DNA from: an uncultured Bacilli bacterium
Lineage (GTDB): Bacteria > Bacillota_I > Bacilli_A > RF39 > UBA660
Reading direction: 5' to 3'
Length of the DNA: 64,000 nucleotides
Assembly: GCA_934179675.1 (NCBI GenBank)
Contig: CAKPQS010000001.1
Coordinates: 10,154 to 74,153, forward strand
The position numbers and the translations under genes were made by a program. The notes under the pieces were generated by a model, which was given only the letters and a program-made list of their open reading frames with translations, was not told where the DNA came from and made no database searches. Every line of letters begins with the position of its first letter. The stretch's first letter is position 1. Shown here one piece after another: positions 19,421 through 28,724 of the stretch.

Positions 19421-20053
19421 TTAATATTTGTTTCTAAAAAATTTTACAATTCCTTTTATAATATTTGCAGAAATTTTAATTTGATACGTTTTATTTTGTA
19501 AATTAGTTCTATCGGTATAATTACTTATAAACCCAAGTTCTAATAGCACACCTGGTTTAGTAATTCTACTATACATATAATAATTGTGTGCAAGAACAGC
19601 TCTTTTATTACCTAATTCTTTTTGTAAAATATTTGCTAAAAATTTATTATTTTCGTTTGTATCATCATAAAAAACTTGTGAACCATTCCATGTATTGTTT
19701 AAAGATGAATTTAAATGAATAGATAAATATATATCACAATCTGATTTATTAATCATAATAGCTCTATTTAATAAATCACTTCTTTTTCGATAATGTGTAG
19801 TACTAGCTAAGTCATAATTTCCATATCTAGTTAAATATACTTTAGCACCTTCCTTTTCCATTTCTTCCTTTAGTGTCATAACAATAGATAAATTAATATC
19901 TGCTTCTTTTATATCTTTATAATTTGAACCACCATCAATACCACCATGTCCAGCATCTAAATAAATAATTTTATTGGTTAATAAACCATCTCTTGATTTA
20001 ACATTAAAAACAAAAAATAAAATCAAAAACAAAAAAACACATATTTTTTTCAA
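19421..20053 (-). CDS. cwlD: N-acetylmuramoyl-L-alanine amidase, CwlD-like (Amidase_3)
   Basis: IIYLDAGHGGIDGG, YLSIHLNS and KPGVLLELGFISN align with the B. subtilis CwlD motifs; 210 aa with an N-terminal signal. Confidence 0.75.
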   Translation of the reverse strand: MKKICVFLFLILFFVFNVKSRDGLLTNKIIYLDAGHGGIDGGSNYKDIKEADINLSIVMTLKEEMEKEGAKVYLTRYGNYDLASTTHYRKRSDLLNRAIMINKSDCDIYLSIHLNSSLNNTWNGSQVFYDDTNENNKFLANILQKELGNKRAVLAHNYYMYSRITKPGVLLELGFISNYTDRTNLQNKTYQIKISANIIKGIVKFFRNKY

Positions 20054-20088
20054 GATAACACCTCTAATAAAAATATATGTTTAAATAC

Positions 20089-21828
20089 TTATTCTAAAAC
20101 AGCTTTAATTCTTCTTATACCAGCACTACTAGCTTCTTCTTTTATAATTTTAAAATGACCTAATTCACTTGTATTTTTAACATGAGGACCACCACATAAT
20201 TCATGTGAAACATTACCGATACTATAAACAGTTACAATATCAGGATATTTTTCAATAAACATACATTCTGCTCCACTTTTAATAGCGTCTTCTTTTGTCA
20301 TTTCTTTAACTGTTACATCAAGGCCATCATTAATCCATTTATTAACTAAATCTTCAACTTTTTTCTTTTCTTCATCACTTAATTTATGATCCAAACTAAA
20401 ATCAAAACGCATTCTTTCAGATGTAATATTTGATCCTTTTTGATGACAATCTTTGCTAACAACTTCTTTTAAAGCAGCATTAAGTAAATGAGTAGCCGTA
20501 TGATATTTAGTTTCTATTTCACCTGTACTTGCAAGGCCACCTTTAAATTTACCAATACTAGCAGTTCTAGAAAGTTCCTGATGTTCTTTAAATTTATTAT
20601 TAAATCCTTGAACATCAACATTCAAACCTTTTTCTTTTGCAAGTTCAACTGTTAATTCAAGTGGAAAACCATAAGTATCAAACAAATGAAATGCTGTAAT
20701 ACCATCTATATCACAATTTTTAGATGCAATTTTTTCAAATTCTTTCAAACCTTTTTCTAAAGTACGACAGAATTTATTTTTCTCATTTTTTAAAACTTCT
20801 AAAACAATATCTTTATTTTCTACAAGTTCATTATAATATTTTGCATATTTATCAATTATTTTAGAAGCAATAACTTCTTCAAAATTAGTATTAATATCAA
20901 TACCCAATTTTTTAGCATGTCTAATAGCACGTCTAATAAGTCTTCTTAAAATATAACCTTGATCAGTATTACTAGGCTTAATACCTGATTTATCTGCAGA
21001 TATAAATACAGCTGTTCTAATATGATCAGCAATAATTCTCATTGATTCTGGATTTTCTTCATATTTTTTTCCAGAAATTTCTTCAATTAAAGAAATTACA
21101 TCTTTCCATACACTTGACTTATAATTATCAGTAACGCCTTCTAAAACAGCAACAACTCTTTCAAGTCCCATACCAGTATCAACATTTTTTTTAGGAAGTT
21201 CACTAATATTACCATTATTATCTTTATAATATTGCATGAAAACATCATTCCATATTTCAACCCAACGATCATCATCTGGATCAAACTTTTCGGGAATCTC
21301 ATCATCTGATCTAAAATAAAACATTTCTGTATCTGGCCCGCATGGTCCAGTTTCACCAGCTATCCAAAAATTATCGCTAATTTTGGCAATTCTTTCATCA
21401 GAAATACCCATTTGTTTCCATAATTCATAAGATTCTTTATCAAACGGTATATATTCATTTCCAGCAAATACAGTAACAGCTAATCTATTAAGTGGAATAT
21501 TAAGAACTTTTGTCAAAAATTCAAAACTCCAACTTATTGCTTCTTTCTTGAAATAATCTCCCAAACTCCAATTACCTAACATTTCAAAAAAAGTATGATG
21601 GTAAGTATCACCAATATTATCCAAATCATTAGTTCTAATACATTTTTGATAATCACAAAGTCTTGTTCCCATAGGATGTGGTTCACCTAATAAATATGGA
21701 ATCAATGGTTGCATTCCTGCTGTATTAAATAATACCGATGGATCATTTTCTGGTACAACAGGACTACTAGGAATTTGAACATGTCCATGACGAACAAAAA
21801 AATCAATATACATATCTTTTAAATTCAT
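20089..21828 (-). CDS. alaS: Alanine--tRNA ligase, compact form (catalytic + tRNA-recognition + minimal editing core; no C-Ala domain)
   Basis: FNTAGMQP, HHTFFEMLGNWSLGDYFK, GMGLERV and FDTYGFPLELT are class II AlaRS motifs. Editing motifs HTATHLL...CHQKG and C-terminal CGGPHV...GIRRIKAV end the protein at 580 aa. Start at MNLKDM with a GGAGGT RBS directly after the T-box terminator. Confidence 0.8.
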   Translation of the reverse strand: MNLKDMYIDFFVRHGHVQIPSSPVVPENDPSVLFNTAGMQPLIPYLLGEPHPMGTRLCDYQKCIRTNDLDNIGDTYHHTFFEMLGNWSLGDYFKKEAISWSFEFLTKVLNIPLNRLAVTVFAGNEYIPFDKESYELWKQMGISDERIAKISDNFWIAGETGPCGPDTEMFYFRSDDEIPEKFDPDDDRWVEIWNDVFMQYYKDNNGNISELPKKNVDTGMGLERVVAVLEGVTDNYKSSVWKDVISLIEEISGKKYEENPESMRIIADHIRTAVFISADKSGIKPSNTDQGYILRRLIRRAIRHAKKLGIDINTNFEEVIASKIIDKYAKYYNELVENKDIVLEVLKNEKNKFCRTLEKGLKEFEKIASKNCDIDGITAFHLFDTYGFPLELTVELAKEKGLNVDVQGFNNKFKEHQELSRTASIGKFKGGLASTGEIETKYHTATHLLNAALKEVVSKDCHQKGSNITSERMRFDFSLDHKLSDEEKKKVEDLVNKWINDGLDVTVKEMTKEDAIKSGAECMFIEKYPDIVTVYSIGNVSHELCGGPHVKNTSELGHFKIIKEEASSAGIRRIKAVLE

Positions 21829-21840
21829 AAAAACCTCCAC

Positions 21841-22035
21841 AAAAAAGGATAGTACAAGGAGTCTATAAGACGGTACCATCCTTTATTTAACTTAACTATA
21901 TTAACGATCATCAGACCGTGGTAACTTTAATTACCAAGCTCCCAAGTAGCATATCTAAAAAAATATTATTTACTTTTCACCAATAGTAAATTCTCTATAA
22001 ATATTTGTTTTTAGATAATCTTGTTCATTGCTTTT
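21841..22035 (-). promoter_or_regulatory. T-box riboswitch leader (alanine specifier) controlling alaS
   Basis: Minus-strand leader contains T-box sequence AAAGGATGGTACCG and a terminator GGATGGTAC...GTACTATCC + U7 immediately before the alaS RBS. A GCUA specifier candidate (atatGCTAc) is present. Confidence 0.65.
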
Positions 22036-22040
22036 AAATT

Positions 22041-22068
22041 ATTATACTATATTTTTTAAAATAATCAA
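22041..22068 (-). promoter_or_regulatory. sigma-A-like promoter for the T-box/alaS transcript
   Basis: TTGATT-16 nt-TATAAT on the minus strand, just upstream of the leader. Confidence 0.4.
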
Positions 22069-24416
22069 ATGTTTTTTTTAATATTTATTATTTCTTTAGC
22101 ATTTTGATATTCATTTTCATTTCCACCATCAAGAATAGCAGATTTTAAACTACCATTGTTATAATAAATATACCAATTACTAGAACATATAGCATAATCA
22201 ACGTTATCAATAATATTCGAATCAATATCTAATAATCCATTTAACATATTAATTCTAGAAATTGCGCTTTTATCATATAAAGTATCAAATGGTGGTATTT
22301 TATAATAAAAATTATTTAAATCTATTGGATTAACCCCATCTCCATACAAACAAATTGCTTTGCCATCATAATTCATTTTAATACCATACTTGCCATATTT
22401 TAAATCAAAAAACATATCATTTTTTACAATATCGCACTTAATATTTCTTGCATATTTACCAGTACTCATAAAAACTTGTTTAATATTTTGACCAGTATTA
22501 TAAGATTTTTTAACTAATAATAAAACATATTTTTTTACAGCTTTATATAAGTATTCATCACTATATTCTTTATAAATAGGATCTCTTAATTCATTTAAGA
22601 AAACAGAATCACCTAAACATACACCAGCAATTCTAGTAACTAAATCATTATTTTTTTTAATAACAATATTAAATCCATTGGGATTAACAAGAGTATACTC
22701 AAATAAATCATCCATATTTCCATAAGCACGCATACAAGATCCTAATTTTTCTCCAGTTACTAACATTTCAGGATCATAAAAATTATCATTACTAATAACT
22801 AAATCATCATAATTAATAGTTAATATAGGAACTGATACATACCTCCTAATAAGCATTTTTTTATAAATATCTAAACATCTTTTTACTCTATCATCAACTT
22901 TACCTACACTTTTTAATGGATAAGGATCACTTATAATCCAGTAAATAGTATCACCAAAAACTCTAGTATATTTACTATATGGATTATTTAATGATTTAGA
23001 TTGCTTTAAATAATCTAAAAACATACTATAAAAATTTTTATTAACATTTTTGTTAATAATATCAAAATTATTAATTAATGCACATAGATTAACATCACTA
23101 TAAGTACAATCACCACTAAAACATACATCTGTTAATTTTAGACTAGTTGTCAAAAATAATAAATCATGTTTATACATAATATCATAAAATAGATCATAAT
23201 TTTTTTTAATACAGCCATCAAATACCTTTTTTAAATCAAGTGAATTAATAATATTTATTAGATCTTTTTTATCAAAAGGAATATTAAAACACTCATCATT
23301 TAATGGCAAATTTTTATAATCATCTACTATAATATCATCATCCAAATTTGAAGTAATAAAAGAACTAACATAACTAAGTATTTTTCCCATCAAATAATTA
23401 ATATTATTAAATTCAATAAATTTGACGCCTTTTACTCCATCTGTTAATAGAGCAAATAAAATATTAGTATCAAAATCTTTATCAACTATATTTTTGGATA
23501 CCAAATATTTTTTTAATTCATTTAAACTATCTTGATTATAAGCTATTTTATAACACATATTTTTCATTTGTTTCTTCTTATTAATTATTCTTTTCATATT
23601 ATAGCTAACTTCAATTTTGAAAGGAAAACCATTACTAAAATTCATTTTTTTATTTTTAAAAATTTCTCTTTTTTTATTATACGAAACATAACATAGTTCT
23701 TTTATTAATGATGTATATTTAGAAAATGTTTTATAATCATTGGATTTATACAAATTAAAATAAATATTAAAAAGTTCTTGTAAATTAGTATATTCTATAT
23801 TATATTTTAAAAATATATTTTTTTTAATATTATCATCTAAATAATTATCAATTTCTACATAAAGTTTTTTATCAGATAAGACTTTATCAAAAGCATGATT
23901 ATTTAATAAATCATTTCGAGTTATATATATAAAATTATAATCAATTAAAGCATTATAAAAATTAATTAAATTTAAAATTTTTGGTTTTTTTAGGGAAAAC
24001 ACATCAAAAAATTTATTTAAAGTTTCATCATCTAATGATTCAATATATTTGTATTCATTGCTTAATATAATTTTAAATCCATATCTTTTAATAAATTCAT
24101 AAGATTTTTTACCATATAATTTTTTTAAGGAATCAGGGGAAAGAAAATTAAGTATATTTTCATATAAAGGATGTTTTTCTAAATCATTAATACTAATTAA
24201 ATTATTCATTATTTTTTCATTAATAATAGCAAAATAAATATTTGTAAATTCAGAATTAAAATTAATTATTTTTTTTAATTTCATTTTATTATTAAAATCT
24301 TTAACATATTCATTAACAATTTCTTTATGATTTAAGAAAAAGCTATCCAAATCATGAATATCACCTTTATATAAGAAAATAGAATTTAAATTATTTATTA
24401 TTTCATCATAATTCAT
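22065..24416 (-). CDS. large hypothetical protein (783 aa), paralogue of the upstream 925-aa protein
   Basis: Long uninterrupted ORF, extremely AT-rich (N/K/I/Y-rich). Shares KMNFSNGFPFKIEVS / NLPLNDE / NPNGFNIVI...GVCLGDSVFLNEL blocks with the 24413-27190 product. Its ATG overlaps the upstream stop (ATGA). Confidence 0.5.
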   Translation of the reverse strand: MNYDEIINNLNSIFLYKGDIHDLDSFFLNHKEIVNEYVKDFNNKMKLKKIINFNSEFTNIYFAIINEKIMNNLISINDLEKHPLYENILNFLSPDSLKKLYGKKSYEFIKRYGFKIILSNEYKYIESLDDETLNKFFDVFSLKKPKILNLINFYNALIDYNFIYITRNDLLNNHAFDKVLSDKKLYVEIDNYLDDNIKKNIFLKYNIEYTNLQELFNIYFNLYKSNDYKTFSKYTSLIKELCYVSYNKKREIFKNKKMNFSNGFPFKIEVSYNMKRIINKKKQMKNMCYKIAYNQDSLNELKKYLVSKNIVDKDFDTNILFALLTDGVKGVKFIEFNNINYLMGKILSYVSSFITSNLDDDIIVDDYKNLPLNDECFNIPFDKKDLINIINSLDLKKVFDGCIKKNYDLFYDIMYKHDLLFLTTSLKLTDVCFSGDCTYSDVNLCALINNFDIINKNVNKNFYSMFLDYLKQSKSLNNPYSKYTRVFGDTIYWIISDPYPLKSVGKVDDRVKRCLDIYKKMLIRRYVSVPILTINYDDLVISNDNFYDPEMLVTGEKLGSCMRAYGNMDDLFEYTLVNPNGFNIVIKKNNDLVTRIAGVCLGDSVFLNELRDPIYKEYSDEYLYKAVKKYVLLLVKKSYNTGQNIKQVFMSTGKYARNIKCDIVKNDMFFDLKYGKYGIKMNYDGKAICLYGDGVNPIDLNNFYYKIPPFDTLYDKSAISRINMLNGLLDIDSNIIDNVDYAICSSNWYIYYNNGSLKSAILDGGNENEYQNAKEIINIKKNI

Positions 24417-27190
24417 AAATTCTTTCCTCCATTTTTTATTTCTTCAATTATATCATCACTTATTGGTCCAATTACAAATGCATCCTCTTCCTTATACCAG
24501 GATCTACCTGCATAAAATGGTTTACAATATTCTTTATCATTTATAGTTCCTTCTTCATTATGTTTAAATAAATCAAGTATCCTAATCATTTTAGCCCTTT
24601 CATAAGCTTGATCATTAAAATAATATTTAGGTAATATAGGATATTTATTTAAACTATTATTAGAAATTTTAGTAAAATTATCATACATTACTTTTCCGTA
24701 GCCATTATAATCAGTAAAAACAGGAAGTAATTTGCCATTAAAAATTTTATTGTATTCATCCTTTAGACTTAAATAAATATGCCCTATATTATCATCATGA
24801 CTTTCTTCTAAAATAGAATTAATAAATAGTTCAAGTGATGATATAATATATTTAGGATGAACAATGCTAGATAAATTAGATAAAAATATAGTATTACCAT
24901 ATCTTATTCCAAAAATAATACCAATTAACTTATTATCATAAAACTTAATTATAAATCCATTTTCATTTGAAAAGACATAATTATATAAATCTTTATATTT
25001 TACAATATCAAAATTAACCATTAATGGGCAAAATACATCTTCATAATCATAACCTCCTATAGAAACAGTAATTTCATGATTATTAATAATATATTTATTG
25101 GAAATATCAGGAATTGGTAAACTTCTTTTGCATAAAGCATTATAACCGAGGTCAAAAAAATATTTTATGTCATTCACATCATTTTTTATGAAAGAAAAAT
25201 ATTTATCCAAATTAAATAATGATGGTATTTTATTATATTTATTATTATCCATATATTTATCATATGTATCATGACTATTAATTAAATAAAAATTATCTAT
25301 TAAAGATATGGTATTTTTTTTATTGTAAAATGATGGAATTAAGTTAAAAATGTCTAACATATATAAGTTCTGTTTTTCAAAGAAAAAATTTTTAAATTCA
25401 TCATATTTATTGTCAAGTACATATCTTAATTTATTAAAATCAATATTAATAAGTATATCAAGAATAGTTTTTTTATTATAATAAGCTTTCAGATATTCGT
25501 CGGTTAAAGGTAAATTAAAATATTCTATATAAATGTTATCAACATTTTCGTTTTTACAGTATCTGCTTAAATAATTATCAATATTAACATCTAAATTTTC
25601 CAAAACAAAACTAGAATTTTTCAAATATTTTTTCACACTTTTTACAAATGTTGTAAACGAAATATTTTGGTAATTATGATAAATATTAAAACATAATTCA
25701 TTAAGTAAATCGGCATCATTTAGTACTTTCATTTTAATAGAATTTAGTTTTTTTTCTTTATAAATTCTATTAATATAAATATCACTAGGTTCAACCAAAA
25801 AAGGATATCCATCACTAAAATCCATTTTAGTAGACGCAAATAAATCGAATTTTCTTTCATAAGCACTTTTACAAATAGAATCTATTATTGCACCAAATTT
25901 TTCTTGTCTTTTTTTATCAAGTGCTACACTTGCTCTCCTATATGCTTCAAAAATATCATCAATTAATTCATATAATGATTTATTAGTATCCAAAATATTT
26001 TTTACTAAATTGACTAAATAATCATAATATGATGAACCTAATATTTTTTTAATTTTATTTATTTTTCCTTGAATATTATTATCAATAATACCATTATTAT
26101 CTATTGAGTTTTTAATTTTTAAAGACATGTCTTTATTAAATATATCTTTATTAATAAATTCTTCTTTTATTATACTAAAATATAAATTGCGTACATTTTC
26201 CATTTTTATTTTGTCATTAAAACAAAATATTTTTATAAATTTTTCAAATTGAACTATAGAAAAAATATTTATTGTTTCTATTTTTTTATATCCAATTTTA
26301 AATATTTCAATTCCATAATATAAATATAATTGGTATATTTTTTTTCCAAAAACTAATAGAATAGAATCATCATTAAAATATTTAACTAATCTAGATAATT
26401 GTTCGTTTGAATAAATTTTTAAAATTGAAATATCAAATTTTTTATTTTTGATTTCTTTATTTATTAAATTTTTTAAAATTTCATTTAATAAATTAGATTT
26501 TATGTTATCATAATCAATTAAATAATTATTAATTTTAATAAAATTTTCAATTTTATTCTTAAAATTTTTATAATTATTTAATAAATAATTATCCAATTCC
26601 TTATTATTAGTAAATGTCAATATATTGTAATTGTTCGAATTAATTGATGCAATTAAAAATCTAGAATCATTTAAATATCTTTTAGAAGAATACTTATTCA
26701 ATTTTATAATACCATTTTCAATATTTTTTATACAGATATTATCAATTTTTTCCTTATTTTCTAAATAAAAATCAGAATTATTATAATCTAAAATTTCTAA
26801 AAAGCCATTATTTAAACATTGATTAACAAATAATTTATTATTTATCAATACTTTAGGTGTTTTATCAGATAAATTATATAATTTTTCATTCAAAAATTTA
26901 ACAATATGATTTATATTATTAATTAAAAAATTATTAATTTCATCATTATTAAACAATCTAGCAATATCAACATTTGAGGCAATAATAGAAGCTTTTATAA
27001 AATCATTATCATTATAATATCTAATTGCACTTTCATCATCTAGCCACAATTTTAAGTTTAAAATATCATTAAAAATTCTTTTTTTATTTTTTAAAATATA
27101 TTCATGAATAGAAGAATCACAATAAAAATTACAAGTGTATAACTTGTTTAGATCATTATTATCAATTGCCCTTTTAATTTCTTCTATCAT
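24413..27190 (-). CDS. large hypothetical protein (925 aa), paralogue of the downstream 783-aa protein
   Basis: Long ORF with an AGGAG RBS. Shares KMDFSDGYPFLVEPS / NLPLTDEYL / NENGFIIKF...GIRYGNTIFLSNL blocks with the neighbour. No Walker, HTH or catalytic motif recognised. Confidence 0.5.
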   Translation of the reverse strand: MIEEIKRAIDNNDLNKLYTCNFYCDSSIHEYILKNKKRIFNDILNLKLWLDDESAIRYYNDNDFIKASIIASNVDIARLFNNDEINNFLINNINHIVKFLNEKLYNLSDKTPKVLINNKLFVNQCLNNGFLEILDYNNSDFYLENKEKIDNICIKNIENGIIKLNKYSSKRYLNDSRFLIASINSNNYNILTFTNNKELDNYLLNNYKNFKNKIENFIKINNYLIDYDNIKSNLLNEILKNLINKEIKNKKFDISILKIYSNEQLSRLVKYFNDDSILLVFGKKIYQLYLYYGIEIFKIGYKKIETINIFSIVQFEKFIKIFCFNDKIKMENVRNLYFSIIKEEFINKDIFNKDMSLKIKNSIDNNGIIDNNIQGKINKIKKILGSSYYDYLVNLVKNILDTNKSLYELIDDIFEAYRRASVALDKKRQEKFGAIIDSICKSAYERKFDLFASTKMDFSDGYPFLVEPSDIYINRIYKEKKLNSIKMKVLNDADLLNELCFNIYHNYQNISFTTFVKSVKKYLKNSSFVLENLDVNIDNYLSRYCKNENVDNIYIEYFNLPLTDEYLKAYYNKKTILDILINIDFNKLRYVLDNKYDEFKNFFFEKQNLYMLDIFNLIPSFYNKKNTISLIDNFYLINSHDTYDKYMDNNKYNKIPSLFNLDKYFSFIKNDVNDIKYFFDLGYNALCKRSLPIPDISNKYIINNHEITVSIGGYDYEDVFCPLMVNFDIVKYKDLYNYVFSNENGFIIKFYDNKLIGIIFGIRYGNTIFLSNLSSIVHPKYIISSLELFINSILEESHDDNIGHIYLSLKDEYNKIFNGKLLPVFTDYNGYGKVMYDNFTKISNNSLNKYPILPKYYFNDQAYERAKMIRILDLFKHNEEGTINDKEYCKPFYAGRSWYKEEDAFVIGPISDDIIEEIKNGGKNL

Positions 27191-27313
27191 GATACCATAC
27201 TCCTACAATAAATATATCATTTTTTTTATACATTTTCAAGGTATAAAATTTAAAATAAACTTTTTACATTAACAAAATAATAAAATTTGAATAACCTATC
27301 TGTAGGAGGAAAA

Positions 27314-28060
27314 ATGATTGAATTAGAAAATATAAATCCTGTATTACTTGCCTTAATAGCAGGAACAATAACTTTCCTTATAACAGCATTAGGATCTAGT
27401 CTAGTCTATTTTTTTAAAAAACAAACTAAAATAATTCATGAGGCAATGCTTGCTTTTTCGGCCGGAATAATGATTGCTGCATCCTTTTTTTCACTAATAT
27501 TACCAGCTATTGAAACAGAAAATATTAATATTATACTACCTACAATAATCGGATTTGTTTTAGGAACTATTTTATTATTTGTGATGGAAAAAATATGTAA
27601 TAAATTTAAAAATAAAAAATCTTTATTATTACTTTTTTCCATAACGCTTCATAACATTCCTGAAGGATTAGCAATTGGTGTTGCCTTTGGAACATTAGCA
27701 AATACAAATATTGGGGCTGCCTTTGCTGTTGCTCTTGGAATTGGATTACAAAACTTTCCTGAAGGATCAGCTGTTTCATTACCATTATTAAAAGAGGGAT
27801 ATAGTAAAAATAAAGCATTTATATATGGAAGTTTAAGTGCTATAGTAGAACCAATATTTGCATGCATTGGTGCTTATTTAGTAACAAAAGTTCAAATATT
27901 ATTACCATATACATTAATGTTTGCAGCAAGTGCTATGATATTTGTAAGTATAACAGAATTAATACCAGAGAGTCAAAAATCACAAAAAAAAGACATTATG
28001 TCTATAGTCTTTATGGTTGGTTTTTTAATAATGACATTATTGGATCTGATATTTAGTTAA
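27314..28060 (+). CDS. zupT: ZIP family metal (zinc) transporter, ZupT-like
   Basis: HNIPEGLAIGVAFG and GLQNFPEGSAV metal-binding TM motifs, 8 TM; start at MIELEN with an AGGAGG RBS. Confidence 0.8.
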   Translation: MIELENINPVLLALIAGTITFLITALGSSLVYFFKKQTKIIHEAMLAFSAGIMIAASFFSLILPAIETENINIILPTIIGFVLGTILLFVMEKICNKFKNKKSLLLLFSITLHNIPEGLAIGVAFGTLANTNIGAAFAVALGIGLQNFPEGSAVSLPLLKEGYSKNKAFIYGSLSAIVEPIFACIGAYLVTKVQILLPYTLMFAASAMIFVSITELIPESQKSQKKDIMSIVFMVGFLIMTLLDLIFS

Positions 28061-28724
28061 AATTATATGGAAAAATATTTGGTAAAGGAACTGAAAATGT
28101 TATTTTTTCTTGTTTTACAGGATGTAGAAAAGTTAAACTATAAGCAAACAAAGCTATCTGCTCATGCAGTTTAGCTTTTTTATTATATTTTTGATCACCA
28201 TATAATGGAAAGCCGTGATAAGAAAATTGAACCCTTATTTGATGACTTCGTCCTGTTTCAAGATCTATAGAAACAAGGGAAAATTTAGTGTTTGTTTTAA
28301 TTCTATTGAATTTTAATGAACAATCTTTTCCATTTTTTGATACAAAAGATGTATTTGTTTTGCTATTTTTTTCTAATTTATCAATATATATACCGTTTTC
28401 TTGAATTTTACCACAAACAACAGCGTAATATTTTTTTGAAAATTCTTTTTTTCTTATTTGATCACTTAACCTACTAGCAGCTTTAGATGTTTTGGCAAAT
28501 ACCATAACACCACCTACTGGTCTATCAAGTCTATGTACAAGTCCTACAAAAGCATTTTTCTTATTATACTTATTTTCTAAATATTTTTTTATCATACTTA
28601 ATAGATCTAAATCACCTGAACTATCCGGGCATACAGGAACGTTGACTGGTTTCAAAACAACAATTATATGATTATCTTCATATAAAACATCAATCATTTT
28701 CTTCCCATCTTCCAAATATACCAC
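28053..28724 (-). CDS. RluA-family RNA pseudouridine synthase
   Basis: HRLDRPVGGVMVFAKT (catalytic Asp in HRLD) and the YEDNHIIVVLKP N-terminus. The start may instead be MIDV at 28697, giving an 8-nt overlap with the upstream gene. Confidence 0.75.
   Translation of the reverse strand: MVYLEDGKKMIDVLYEDNHIIVVLKPVNVPVCPDSSGDLDLLSMIKKYLENKYNKKNAFVGLVHRLDRPVGGVMVFAKTSKAASRLSDQIRKKEFSKKYYAVVCGKIQENGIYIDKLEKNSKTNTSFVSKNGKDCSLKFNRIKTNTKFSLVSIDLETGRSHQIRVQFSYHGFPLYGDQKYNKKAKLHEQIALFAYSLTFLHPVKQEKITFSVPLPNIFPYNFN

Noticed and set aside
22065-27190. Mobile element, prophage or IS interpretation of the low-GC giant gene pair.
   Set aside because: There are no terminal inverted or direct repeats, no integrase, transposase or phage structural motifs, and the flanks are intact housekeeping genes. 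It is better treated as an accessory operon of unknown function.
27436-27867. Three minus-strand ORFs of 68-72 aa.
   Set aside because: All are antisense shadows inside the ZIP transporter gene, which has clear family motifs on the plus strand.
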